The translations under genes were made by a program, and so were the position numbers. The notes under the pieces are model-generated. The model saw only the letters and a program-made list of their open reading frames with translations. It did not search any database and was not told where the DNA came from. 57,990 nucleotides of DNA, taken from positions 1-57,990 of the forward strand of contig MQRK01240826.1 in the NCBI GenBank assembly GCA_001938485.1. The letters are read 5' to 3'. The stretch comes from Girardia tigrina (taxonomy: Eukaryota). Below are positions 25,425 through 36,900 of this stretch, one piece after another (the first letter of the stretch is position 1; each line of letters starts with the position of its first letter).

Positions 25425-26101
25425 TTTATAATCGAGTTTCGCAAAGTTCACTCCCAAAAAAATTGTTGTTGCTAACGGATTAAATCTTTGAACGAGAAAA
25501 ACGGTTGTAGTTGGTGGATAGAATCTCCGGTGTGTCGTTAAAGTATTAATTGTTTAATTGTATTTTCAAATTCTAATAATCAATGTTAATTTCGATTCAT
25601 TATTTTCCATATCTACTATATGATTTAACGTTGCCAAGCGTTAAATTCTCTCGCCCTCACAACAATAACAAAAAGAGTCTTAAAGAATAATATTGAGAAT
25701 AAAACATATAATAACAAAATCCGAATGACAACAAAACAAAAAAACCATTTGGATGTAGACAAAAAATATAGATAAAAGCTTACAAAAAAACAAATATATA
25801 TGCCACGTCACAAGACAAGGTACATCACACATACACACTAAAATCATTTTACTATTAAACGTAATTAAAGATAAAAAATGTTTACATAAAGGGAAATAAA
25901 AGCAAATGTACACACCAAAAAAATAAAATTAAATATATGAAATAAGTAGGGCACTACAATGAGGAGATCATAAAATTCCGATAATGGTGCGCTTTTATCT
26001 TCGGTACTGTGATGTAGCAATTGTGGTCACTAAAGTTACGAAACTTATAAACAATATTTATTCAATAAAATCAAAATTTAAAGATTTTGTAAAAAAATGT
26101 T

Positions 26102-26827
26102 TTATTTTCGATTTTTCTTTGAAAAATGTGTTTTTAAATGAGCTCTAATATTTGTGTAAATTATGCATGAATGTGCCACATAATTGAACTTAATTCTTTT
26201 TTCTTTTCCTTCCTTTTTTTCACAAATACGACAGAGAAATATTCCGTGATCTTTCCTATTTGATTCGTCATACCATTCTTCAATGAGAAAATCCTCTTCT
26301 TTCCTCAAAGTTTCTTTTGGATATATATCTTGAATGTTTCGAACGATTTTATCATACGTACTATCTGACGCATTATAAAAATAGGAACAGTGATTCTTTT
26401 GTTTCTTCACACATTCTTTGTTTGACTGACTTTGCGAAAAAATCAATTCGTTTGTAGATTTCTCTTCTTTGACCCTTGATTCAAGATCTAGGTTGTCCAA
26501 TGAAGAAGATAGTTGAATATTAAGAGTGTTTTCCATTGGAATGTATTTCATTAAAGCAGTGACCGCTTCAATTAAACGATTCCTAAAAGCTGGGGAAAAC
26601 GTAAACTTTTCAGGTTTGTGAGCAAAATCTTCTCCAATTATTGCTAGACACTTCTCAGAAGACATTCCAGGTAAAATATTACGCAAATATTCCTCGATTT
26701 TGGCAACCATTTGGTGATCGAAAATTTTAAAATCATTTAAATTATCAAAACCACAAATATCTAAAATTGGAAGAATCTTATCAGAATTTGTATTTTGTGC
26801 AAGAAGAGTTCTAAATTCGTTTATCAT
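26102..26827 (-). CDS. Uncharacterised 241-aa protein with a C-terminal atypical C2H2/BED-like finger
   Basis: Uninterrupted 726-bp ORF in very AT-rich DNA. A-rich start context (AAAAATG), AATAAA ~40 nt after the stop, motif CRIC-x~26-HLKTH. Confidence 0.6.
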   Translation of the reverse strand: MINEFRTLLAQNTNSDKILPILDICGFDNLNDFKIFDHQMVAKIEEYLRNILPGMSSEKCLAIIGEDFAHKPEKFTFSPAFRNRLIEAVTALMKYIPMENTLNIQLSSSLDNLDLESRVKEEKSTNELIFSQSQSNKECVKKQKNHCSYFYNASDSTYDKIVRNIQDIYPKETLRKEEDFLIEEWYDESNRKDHGIFLCRICEKKEGKEKRIKFNYVAHSCIIYTNIRAHLKTHFSKKNRK

Positions 26828-27970
26828 TTTTCTTGAATATTATATTAATTGTTATAATATTTAAACAAAGATTATCAAAAATATAAAATATGTTTTATTA
26901 TTTTATAAAATAAAATAACTTAAAATATTAATAACTTAAATATTAAGACTGAAACATCTTAAAATTAAACATTATTAAAAAGTATGTTAAAATCAAAAAA
27001 ATCATAATTTGTCAACATTATATTTAAATAAAAATATAACAAAAATAATAATATAAAAAAGAAATATAAAATTTATAAAAGTATTAAGAAAGTAAATTTG
27101 AAAAAAGTCTAAATAGTTAAATATTTTTTTTATAATTTTATAGGTTTTACTATTAAAAGATCGTTAAGTAGACATTTTTTAAATATAATTTTAATAAATA
27201 AAATATTAAATAAATCAGGTAATTAAATTATAATGCCATTAAAAAAATATTTAGTATTATTAACATTTTTTAATATTATATAAATTTATATATTTAACAT
27301 ATTTTCCATGTTAGTTGTGTTCATATTATAAATATAAAGTTATATATAATATTAACAAACGAATAATTGTAGATTTAACAATAATTAGTGCTATTTAATT
27401 TTTAGATATTTAATTAAATAATTTTATAAACTCTAATTATAAAAGTTTACACTTAATTTTAAATTTTATTTTTATTTATTTCTGTATTTATATTTTTTTA
27501 TAATTATATCTGTTAAAGTTTTTATAAGTATTTCGTACCAACTGAAGATGAAAAATATTTTAGATTTTTGCGAATTCACGAATGAATACTATTTTATATT
27601 TTAAAATATTCTTTATTACATACTTCAATTAGTACAATAAAATATTGTCCATTCTTGATTTATATTTTTAAGTCTCATCTTGAAAATAGCTACTTTTTTC
27701 TACATTTTTATTATTTTACTTCATTAAAATTTGAGATGATATTAATGTTTTATTAAAAATTTTATAATTTTTTAATAATTCAAAAATTAAAACAAAAGTC
27801 CAAAGGTTTTTACTTAATTAATTTTTTCAAAAAATCAGAAAAAAATGCTAATGATTTTTAACCACAACCATAATGAAGTTTGAAAATAATTAAAAAAACT
27901 TCATTATTCATTTTTAAATAGAAAAATCATATTTATAAAGTTTTTAGAAATATTATTTAATTTTTATTAA

Positions 27971-28198
27971 CCCGAATGGGGCCACCGTCCTTTTAAAAGA
28001 ACACTGCTCAAATATTTTTTTACATCAATTTGACGACTCAGCAACAGGCGGCATTAGGTGCAATAGTCTTTGGATTGGACACCCTATTACAAAAAGACCG
28101 TATGAAACAAAAAATATTTTTTTAATGGCGAACAAGTTATTTAGATTAATATCAAAAATTCATTTTTTCTAAAGGAAATAGTTTCGGCCCCATTAGGG
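27971..28198. mobile_element. piggyBac-type MITE
   Basis: TTAA|CCCGAATGGGGCC ... GGCCCCATTAGGG|TTAA. Confidence 0.85.
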
Positions 28199-29358
28199 TT
28201 AATAATATAAAATTTTTTAATCAAGTATTAAAAATCATTTTTTTGTAATAATTGAAAAATTTTTAATTAAGATATATAAAATATTTAAAAGCTAATTTAA
28301 TTATGTTACTTAATTAACAATGTTATAAAATTTCTTTTGGATTATTTAAAAAACTTTTTTCTGATTATTTCTTTTATTTTTAATAATTAGCCAAAATTGT
28401 AATGTTTGAAAAACGTTTCGAATATTTTTTATATTTTTCAGATATTTAAAATTCGCGAAATCATTTATATAATTTGAAATAAATTTTAAATTAAATAATT
28501 TTGGAAATGTGTTGAAAGGCTTTGCAAGTTGTTAATTTAATTACTTAACATAACCCATTGATTAAATAAGATACCGTATGTCCTCGAATATACAGCGCGC
28601 CGTTAATCAAAATATTAGGTTTTTGTGTTAATTTTTTTAATCGTTTTTATTTTAAATTGAGATCACGCGTCTTTGTAAAAATGGGGATTTACCGACAAAT
28701 GAAGACGCAGATATAGATATTGATTAATGTGGTAAAACTACTGAAACTAGTCGATGGAATACGATTTGAGATAATTTAACTTAACGAAACTTTTTAGAAA
28801 ATATTTTCTTTGTGAAAGTTTTTCATTTTATTTGTAAAATTATTATTTTATTTCTTAAAGATGGTATATTGAAATAAATAAAAATATTATACTAAACAAA
28901 TTAAGTGCAAAAAATAAAATTTTAAAAAATATTAAGACGGATTAAAGTTGTAAAAATTCTTTATAAATTACATTATTTTTTGTATAAAAAACGTAAAATG
29001 TATAAAAATGTATAATATAAAACCAAATAATATCAATATAAAAAAACGAATATTGGAAAGATATGCATTTTAAAAATATATATTATTCATTTTCTCAGAA
29101 TGAAATTAAACCGAATAATTATAAATAATTTAAAAAATATAATGGCAAAATTAAAATATTTTCAACTAAATAATAAGGGAACCTTAACTAAAATCTTTTT
29201 GGCAATTAAGCAAAAATTAGTTTTAACTTTATAAACAATTAAATATTTAAAATCATCTTAAATTTTAATTTAAAAATATAATATTAATAAAATTTTTATA
29301 CAAGAACAAAAATAAAATTTAAAAATTAATGAAAACCATTCTGACTTTGAAAATTTTA

Positions 29359-29562
29359 TTAAATCATACGTTCCGGTGAGGACGTTCTACGATTTTCGCA
29401 AAACGACTTATTAATCAGATAATCAACTCCAAACATACAACAGCCCAAAACTATTGCGATCAGAACCAACAAGGTACACCCCACGAAAGTCATCCTATTT
29501 TTTCTGAATTTTGAAATTTTTTTATTTGTTTTATAATACGTTTTTATACGTTTATATGACAT
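29359..29562 (-). CDS. Possible small single-pass membrane protein (67 aa)
   Basis: Basic N-terminus, then hydrophobic FVGCTLLVLIAIVLGCCMFGV. AATAAA overlaps the stop. No homology recognised. Confidence 0.3.
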   Translation of the reverse strand: MSYKRIKTYYKTNKKISKFRKNRMTFVGCTLLVLIAIVLGCCMFGVDYLINKSFCENRRTSSPERMI

Positions 29563-29918
29563 AATGGAATATGTTTCCCTAAATTTATTTCCGGTATTAT
29601 AATTTTTATTTAATTTTTAACATAAACAATAATAACATTGAAAATATATTAAAAAATATTTTAAATTCTCGTTTTTTATGACACATATTTCATATTTACA
29701 TATTAAACATTCTTATTTGATACATTTTTTATAAGTGCCAGTAATATCGTTATAGGGATATATTTTAGGTATCTCTACATCTCTATTTTTAAAGTTTTTA
29801 TTTTAAATTTTCCGTAAATATTGTAATTTCTATTGGAAAATAGCTTTGGTCGTTTGAAGCAAATGTTTGCCTCATTTTTGCACAGTGTTTATTACAATAA
29901 AAAAGACAAAAATGACCA

Positions 29919-30252
29919 TCTATATTATAAAAGCCCAAGTCACTCACTGCCTGCTTCACTAACGCTGACGTAATAATTGTTGACGTAATAATAGTATTAT
30001 TTGTTGAAAAATAAATGTAAATGTGAAAAAATATCNNNNNNNNNNNNNNNNNNNNNNNNNNNNNNNNNNNNNNNNNNNNNNNNNNNNNNNNNNNNNNNNN
30101 NNNATTATGAAAAATTCTGTTATTATTTCAAAAATTTACCTTACAGCATTAGTGAGGCAGTGAGGCAGGCAGTGAGTGACTTGGGCTTTTATAATATAAA
30201 AAAAATTGAACCCCCGGCAAGAAAGGGCCGCGAAGCGGGCCGAGCGCGCTAG
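29919..30252 (+). mobile_element. Non-autonomous Helitron
   Basis: A|TCTATATTATAAAA 5' end, CCGC-GAA-GCGG hairpin, CTAG|T 3' end, no TSD. Confidence 0.75.
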
Positions 30253-30811
30253 TATGTTAATAACGGGTTAGATAATTCATAAAAATTACAAACTATAATT
30301 TAGAATATATAAAATTAATTTAAATTATTTATATAATAAATAAGCCAATTTAATTTTACAAAAGGTAATAGCAGCTTATAACAAGAATACATTTTTAAGG
30401 ATTTTCGTATTGATCTGAATTCTCGATAGCTTGTATCGGCCATTGAAGTTATCATATGTGTAGAGTTTCAGCTCTGGTGTGACTTACGTCACTATTATCA
30501 GTCATAAATAGCACAATTATATTTTTTACAAAGAAATTGAAACGATTGTTCTACTTCCTTTATATAATTCATTCGGTATTATTTACTTAAATAATAATAA
30601 TTTAACTTTTAAATAATGATTTATTTTTTAAAAGCTCATAATTATTATTTTCAAAAATTATATATTTTATAAATTATAATTTATTTCAATTCTTTTACGA
30701 AAATTGTGACTAAAATAATTCCTATACAAAATTTATAATTTAAAAATTTTTTTGAAAAAAGATGGCAATTTTTTATTATAAACAAATAAACGCCATTTAA
30801 AAATATATTTA

Positions 30812-30853
30812 GGATAATATATTTCGACGGTTTAACCGTCATCATCAAATTAC
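30812..30853 (-). ncRNA. Hammerhead ribozyme, degenerate (C3U)
   Basis: UUGAUGA-U-GACGG(uuaaa)CCGUC-GAAA-UAUA-UU; inverted copy of 33496-33538. Confidence 0.6.
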
Positions 30854-30890
30854 TGATTATGTTCTTTTCTATTGCTTTTATATAAGAAAT

Positions 30891-33145
30891 TGATACGTCT
30901 CGAGGGGGGTGGACGATATTCTCAACCTCCGTAGAAATATATCAGAAAGGGAAGATATAATTTAGATAAATTAAACCTTCCACTAAAATTTATAAATGAT
31001 TAAATTAGATTATAAGATTCAATAACTAAATGACAACACGAGAAAATATTTTTTAAAGCAAATTTATTAAAATATACAATAATTACAAATAGGATTTTAC
31101 AAGAAACTCAAATGTCCTTAGTGTGTGATGTGAGACTTTAGTGGTGGTCACAGTACATCGACTGCAGACCACGAGTAGATGAGTTAATAATAATAAGGAT
31201 TATTAATTTAAATAATAATAGAAATAATAATTAATTATTGATTTTAGAATATTTAAAATTTAATAATAAAAACCTATAATCAATTTCCAAGAACCTCACC
31301 CTGTGTGAAAATCAATCTCCTCAATTAGACAATCTCGATTATCAACGATTTCTCTATTTCTTCCTCGAGCAATTCTTCTTGTTAAAATCAACAATTCTTC
31401 TTCGATGATTTAGAATTTTTCTCAAACTTCTTTAATAAAGTCGATAATGTGATCGATAGTTTTCGACAATAAAATGATTGTAAGTTTTCTTCTGTCTTCT
31501 TTGATATAATATAATTGAAGGTCTTCTAATTGATAGTAATCGATAGTCTCCTCAAAACAATTAAAATGATCGGGATTCTTCTTCTATAATAAAATCAGCA
31601 ACCTCCTTCTTGTCGGCGAATCGGCTAAGACCTTANNNNNNNNNNNNNNNNNNNNNNNNNNNNNNNNNNNNNNNNNNNNNNNNNNNNNAAAAACGTTTAA
31701 GAATTTTCTACTAAAAGGGTTCTCAAAAGCTCTTATTTTTATACTATTTTATGGATGCGTAGCCTGCGTGGCTAAAGAAAAGAAAGAGTGCGTGGCCTGC
31801 GCACAAAAGAAGTGGCCCTAACCTTTATAATATAATAAATATTTTAAACTTAACTTAACCTTAAATATTAATAATAATATTTTAAACTTAAANNNNNNNN
31901 NNNNNNNNNNNNNNNNNNNNNNNNNNNNNNNNNNNNNNNNNNATATCAGAAAGGGAAGATATAATTTAGATAAATTAAACCTTCCACTAAAATTTATAAA
32001 TGATTAAATTAGATTATAAGATTCAATAACTAAATGACAACACGAGAAAATATTTTTTAAAACAAATTTATTAAAATATACAATAATTACAAATAGGATT
32101 TTACAAAGAAACTCAAATGTCCTTAGTGTGTGATGTGAGACTTTAGTGGTGGTCACAGTACATCGACTGCAGACCACGAGTAGATGAGTTAATAATAATA
32201 AGGATTATTAATTTAAATAATAATAGAAATAATAATTAATTATTGATTTTAGAATATTTAAAATTTAATAATAAAAACCTATAATCAATTTCCAAGAATC
32301 TCACCCTGTGTGAAAATCAATCTCCTCAATTAGACAATCTCGATTATCAACGATTTCTCTATTTCTTCCTCGAGCAATTCTTCTTGTTAAAATCAACAAT
32401 TCTTCTTCGATGAGTTAGAAATTTTCTCAAACTTCTTTAATAAAGTGGATAATGTGATCAATAGTTTTCGACAATAAAATGATTGTAAGTTTTCTTCTGT
32501 CTTCTTCGATATAATATAATTGAAGGTTTTTTCTAATTGATAGTAATCGATAGTCTCCACAAAACAATTAAAATGATCGGGATTCTTCTTCTATAATAAA
32601 ATCAGCAACCTCCTTCTTGTCGGCGAATCGGCTAAGACCTTAAAAACGTTTAAGAATTTTCTACTACTATCTGTTAACAACCTTACCTTAAAAACGTTTA
32701 AGAATTTTCTACTAAAAGGGTTCTCAAAAGCTCTTATTTTTATACTATTTTATGGATGCGTAGCCTGCGTGGCTAAAGAAAAGAAAGAGTGCGTGGCCTG
32801 CGCACAAAAGAAGTGGCCCTAACCTTTATAATATAATAAATATTTTAAACTTAACTTAACCTTAAATATTAATAATAATATTTTAAACTTAAATTTAAAC
32901 TTAAAAGGTAACTTAACCTTAAAAATTAATAATATTTAACTTAATGATATAAATAATAATATTTTAAACTTGAAAATAAATTTAAATATATTATAATATT
33001 TATTAATAGAATATAAATAACATCGTCGTATTATTTATATATTTATTACAAAAAAATAAAACCAAAAATCAAAGCAATAACAAAATATCAAAATAAATTA
33101 AAGTCAAAATACTTATAAAGCAAATAATTATATCAATCCCCAACA
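30891..33145. mobile_element. Solo LTR with 4-bp TSD (apparent size inflated by a gap-flanking duplication)
   Basis: AAAT|TGATACG...CCCAACA|AAAT. The empty site ATAAGAAATGAATG is visible in the paralogous copy at ~33587. Confidence 0.8.
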
Positions 33146-33495
33146 AAATGAATGATTATGTAATCACTTACGTAAGTCTAATCGAAAACTCTTAACAAAT
33201 TAGTTGAGAGTGCTGTTTGAACTGCCAAAAAGGGGGGAAAGAGTAATATTGCTGAGCATAAAAAAATGTGTAAATGTAATATGAGCATAAATGATTTTAA
33301 GATTTTGTGCAAGCATTTTAAAAATTATTGGGAGAGAGTGTCATGTGAAGCATTGTTCATCAGATCATGTGATCCTAAAATCAATGTTCAAACAGCATTC
33401 TCAACTAATTTGTTAAGAGTTTTCGATTAGACTTACGTAAGTAATTACATAATCAGTCATTTCTTATATAAAAGCAATAGAAAAGAACATAATTA

Positions 33496-33538
33496 GTGAT
33501 CTGATGATGACGGTTAAACCGTCGAAATATATTATCAT
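33496..33538 (+). ncRNA. Minimal type I hammerhead ribozyme
   Basis: GUGAU-CUGAUGA-U-GACGG(uuaaa)CCGUC-GAAA-UAUA-UU/AUCAU; AUU cleavage triplet. Confidence 0.8.
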
Positions 33539-34324
33539 AAAATATATTTTTAAATGGCGTTTATTTGTTTATATTAAAATTTTTATATAAGAAATGAATG
33601 ATTATGTAATCACTTCCGTAAGTATAATCGAAAACTCTTAACAAATTAGTTGAGAATGCTGTTTGAACATTGATTTTCGGATCAAATGATCTGATGAACA
33701 ATGCTTCACATGACACTCTCTCCCAATAATTTTTAAAATGCTAGCACAAGCATTGCATTCTCAACTAATTTGTTAAAAATTTTTGTTCCTGAAATTTAAA
33801 TTTCTTTTACTTTTTTAAATTGTTTAATTTTTTGTCAGCAAAATGAAAATAAATTTCTTCATTTTTTCTCATTTCAATCCAAGATTCTTTCATGTTCTTG
33901 TCAAAATTTGTATCTTCTGTTACATAACTCTTGAATTACTTTATAAGGTCTTTCATATTTGTCTTTTTCCTCTACTCCAGTTTCCATCTTGACTAGCACT
34001 TCATATCCAATATAAACTTTCTACTGACTGATAGCTCTTCAGAAACGTTTTCCTGAATCATCTTTATATCTCGAGTATGTCATATTTCTTTGCATATTCT
34101 TTTACCAGATATAACTTTCACCATGATTTTGCCTCTTTTCTTCTGAAATGTTGAAATGTAGTGTACATTATAATTTCTGGTATCAGGTCTTCCCAATTTT
34201 TCTTTGTTTTGTGTCTAACTATTCCATTCGAGTTATGTTAATATGGGCTTCAGTAACACATTTTTATGTTCATTGATGTCTTTAATAATCTTTCACTTGA
34301 ATATCTTCGCACAGTTCATATGTA

Positions 34325-35300
34325 TAGGGTTGTCTCAAAGGTTTTGTCGCAAAAAACACCAAAAGAAACACCAAAATACAATAAAATATAAAATATTTTA
34401 TCAATCGTCCACGTCATGCAAATGCGACAAGTAGTCGTCATTGTGCTCAATATATCTCAGACAATGTCCAGGGAAGCTGCGTATCCCATTTTGAAAAAAA
34501 TCACGCGGTTTCTTGTCAAACCAATGTAGAAGATCTTCATTGATATCGTTCATTCCGGCATAATTCTTTCATCTAAACGCACATTTCATTGGAGAGAATA
34601 GATAGTCGTCAGATGGTGAGAGATCGAGGAAATATGGAAGATGTGGTAGTACGGTGAATCCAAACGCATTCAGCTTGTCCTTGGTCTTAGCAGCCGTATG
34701 CGAACGAGCATTATTGTACAGATAATGAACAATGTGGTTTCCTCCATTGAGTAACCGTCTGCGCCTCTGCTGAACGGCGATATTGAGACGATCCAGCTGA
34801 GTACATTAGACATCCGCATTGATTGTAGCATTTGGAGGTAAGACATCTAACAAGAGCAGTCCTTTACTGTCTCAAAAGACGGAGACGAGATGCCTTTTGT
34901 TTGTTATTCTTCGTGCCGGTGTTGAAAGTGGGTTTTCATCTGATTTTCTCCATGATCTATTGTTGAAAGCGCCTTCGTTGTCCCAGTACACCCATATCTC
35001 ATCGCAGGTGATGATTTGGGACAGGAAATCATTCCGGTGATAACTATCCAATAGCTGTTGACAAATTCTTTTGCGATTATCCTTGTCTGTTGCGTCAGAG
35101 CGTGTGGCACCCAGCATTTTTCCAGGTATCGGTATCCCATTGTAGTCAAGTGGCGCCACATCGAGGTTTTATCCTGATCAATTCCCTCTGCAATGTTCCT
35201 CGTTGTTGAACGCTTGTCTTCAGTCAGAAATTCGATTATCTTCTCGTCTATGTCAAGAGAGGGCCGCCCTTCGCGGACTTGATCGTCTGTGTTAAAGTTG
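34325..35300 (-). mobile_element. mariner element, 5'-truncated, decayed
   Basis: REGRP, WVPHAL, IITCDEIWV, NNARSH and PHLPYFLDLSPSDDYLF motifs. TIR-like end at ~34325. Confidence 0.85.
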
Positions 35301-35309
35301 TTTTCACGA

Positions 35310-35652
35310 AAAATGAAAATTCACCTTTTACATGTTCTCTTTGAAACCCTGCTTCATCCACCATATTCACCAGACCTCTCACCAACGGAATTCTACTTTT
35401 TCAGGCATTTGTACAACTTCATACGTGAAAAAATTTTCAAAAATCATAATGATGCTCAAAATGCCTTCCAAGAATTCGTCGCTTCGAGAACCGATGCATT
35501 TTATGCTGATGGAATAAAACAACTTGTTTCTCGTTGGCAAAAATGTATTGATGCTAACGGTTTATACTTTGATTAATAAACTTTTGTTTCTGTGAATTTG
35601 CACGTCTTTGAAGTTTGTGTCCCAAAACGCCATTATTTTTCGACCAACCTAA
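35310..35652 (+). mobile_element. mariner 3' fragment, cecropia-like subfamily
   Basis: HPPYSPDLSPTEFYFFRHL...LVSRWQKCIDANGLYFD*; TIR ...CGACCAACCTAA|TA. Confidence 0.85.
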
Positions 35653-36231
35653 TAAATCACCTACATAATTTTAATAAATATTACTTATTTTATAAGTTTA
35701 ATTTTATCTTTTTTTAAGGGTGTCCGAGAGGCAGTAAAATCAAAATACTCTCATATTTGTATAACATTTCTTACGCAAAACAATCATTAGAGGTATAAAT
35801 TTATATAATTAATTAATAAAATAAATGAGATAAATGTGAGTACAAATTAGTTTTCAATTAATAAAACCATTGAGTTATAGTTGGAAAATGTTTTCAAAAG
35901 TCAAAATGAAATAGTTTACATCTCGGTTTTCTTCACACGTACAATGCAAACTATGAGGGTTGTTACAAGGGTTATGAAGGCGAGCACTGATATGACTACC
36001 ACTATTATTCCTCCCGCATCCAAATTAATAAATCAATTATCTAGAAATATGAGAAAAATACATAAATTTTTTAAATATATATATGTATATATATAAAAAA
36101 TATTAAATAATCGACAATAATTAAAAAAAGTAAAAAATATTGAAAATAATTAAAATATGCATTAATTTTTTGAAAAAATTTAATTGGCAATGATAAATAT
36201 TTAATTATTATTTTTTTCAATTTGTAAATTT

Positions 36232-36900
36232 TTACGGTTTACTTGGGACATTCAAAAAATCCGTCATCATAATTGAATTTGGTGCATCACAACTGGAATA
36301 AGAATAAGAATAATAAGTTCGTGTAAAATATAAAAGAGAATAATCATAACTCCGAGGAGTTTGCAGGAACCTGCCTGTATACTTTAACGTTCTTGACTGA
36401 ATTTCCATAATAACGCGATGTAAGGCTATTGAATCCTGTTTCATCCAAAAAACGAGGTCCTCAGGGCTGTATTGCGAAATAGCACTTGCATGTATAGACC
36501 TCTTATCAATGTTATTCGGGGAATTACATTCCTCAGGGATTAAAGAAAGTCTTTTTTTGTAATATCAAGCTTCTTTAACTTTCTACAGATTGTAGAATTA
36601 GATTTCTTTACACCAAGTCTAGTATAAAATTCTTCACTTATCTCCGTCAGAGTCAGGTCGTTGTGACAAGCAACGATGTTTCTGACAACTTGGTCATCAT
36701 GACGTGGGGGAGGAGATGGAACGGGATTAGAAGAAGTAATTACGGGGTGTGGGTTATTTGAACCCCAGATAACCGATGACACCGTCCTGACGTTTATATC
36801 GACCATTAAAGAATTTCTTTTCATAGTCATGGACTCGTCTTGTGATAATCGAAGTATTAAATCCTTCTTTTCCTCTGTTAGCGCTTTCTTTTCTTTTCTT
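36232..36900 (-). mobile_element. IS630/Tc1-like (Gambol-type) transposase N-terminal remnant
   Basis: HTH NDLTLTEISEEF...KSNSTICRKLKKLDITKK, then a frameshifted LVF.DETGFN first catalytic Asp. Confidence 0.75.

Larger units (their letters stand above)
23853..25664 (-). mobile_element. 5' LTR + tRNA-Leu PBS of a Gypsy element, interrupted by the Hsp90-integrase chimera
   Basis: Minus strand: TGTTGTGAGGG (25664) ... CGTAACA (23867), then AAT-TGGTGTCAGAA (PBS). An internal ~125-bp diverged repeat (24095-24212 vs 25435-25553) becomes tandem once the insert is removed. Confidence 0.65.
30775..33790. mobile_element. Penelope-like 3'-end cluster (three alternating-orientation copies) interrupted by a solo LTR
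   Basis: GIY-YIG tail DFKILCKHFKNYWERVSCEALFIRSCDPKINVQ at ~33290-33430 (+). Inverted copies at 30775-30890 plus 33146-33222, and at 33580-33730. Confidence 0.8.

Noticed and set aside
30929-32892. ~950-bp near-identical direct duplication (30929-31892 vs 31943-32892)
   Set aside because: It abuts N-gaps inside one TSD-bounded solo LTR, so it is most likely an assembly or haplotype artefact.
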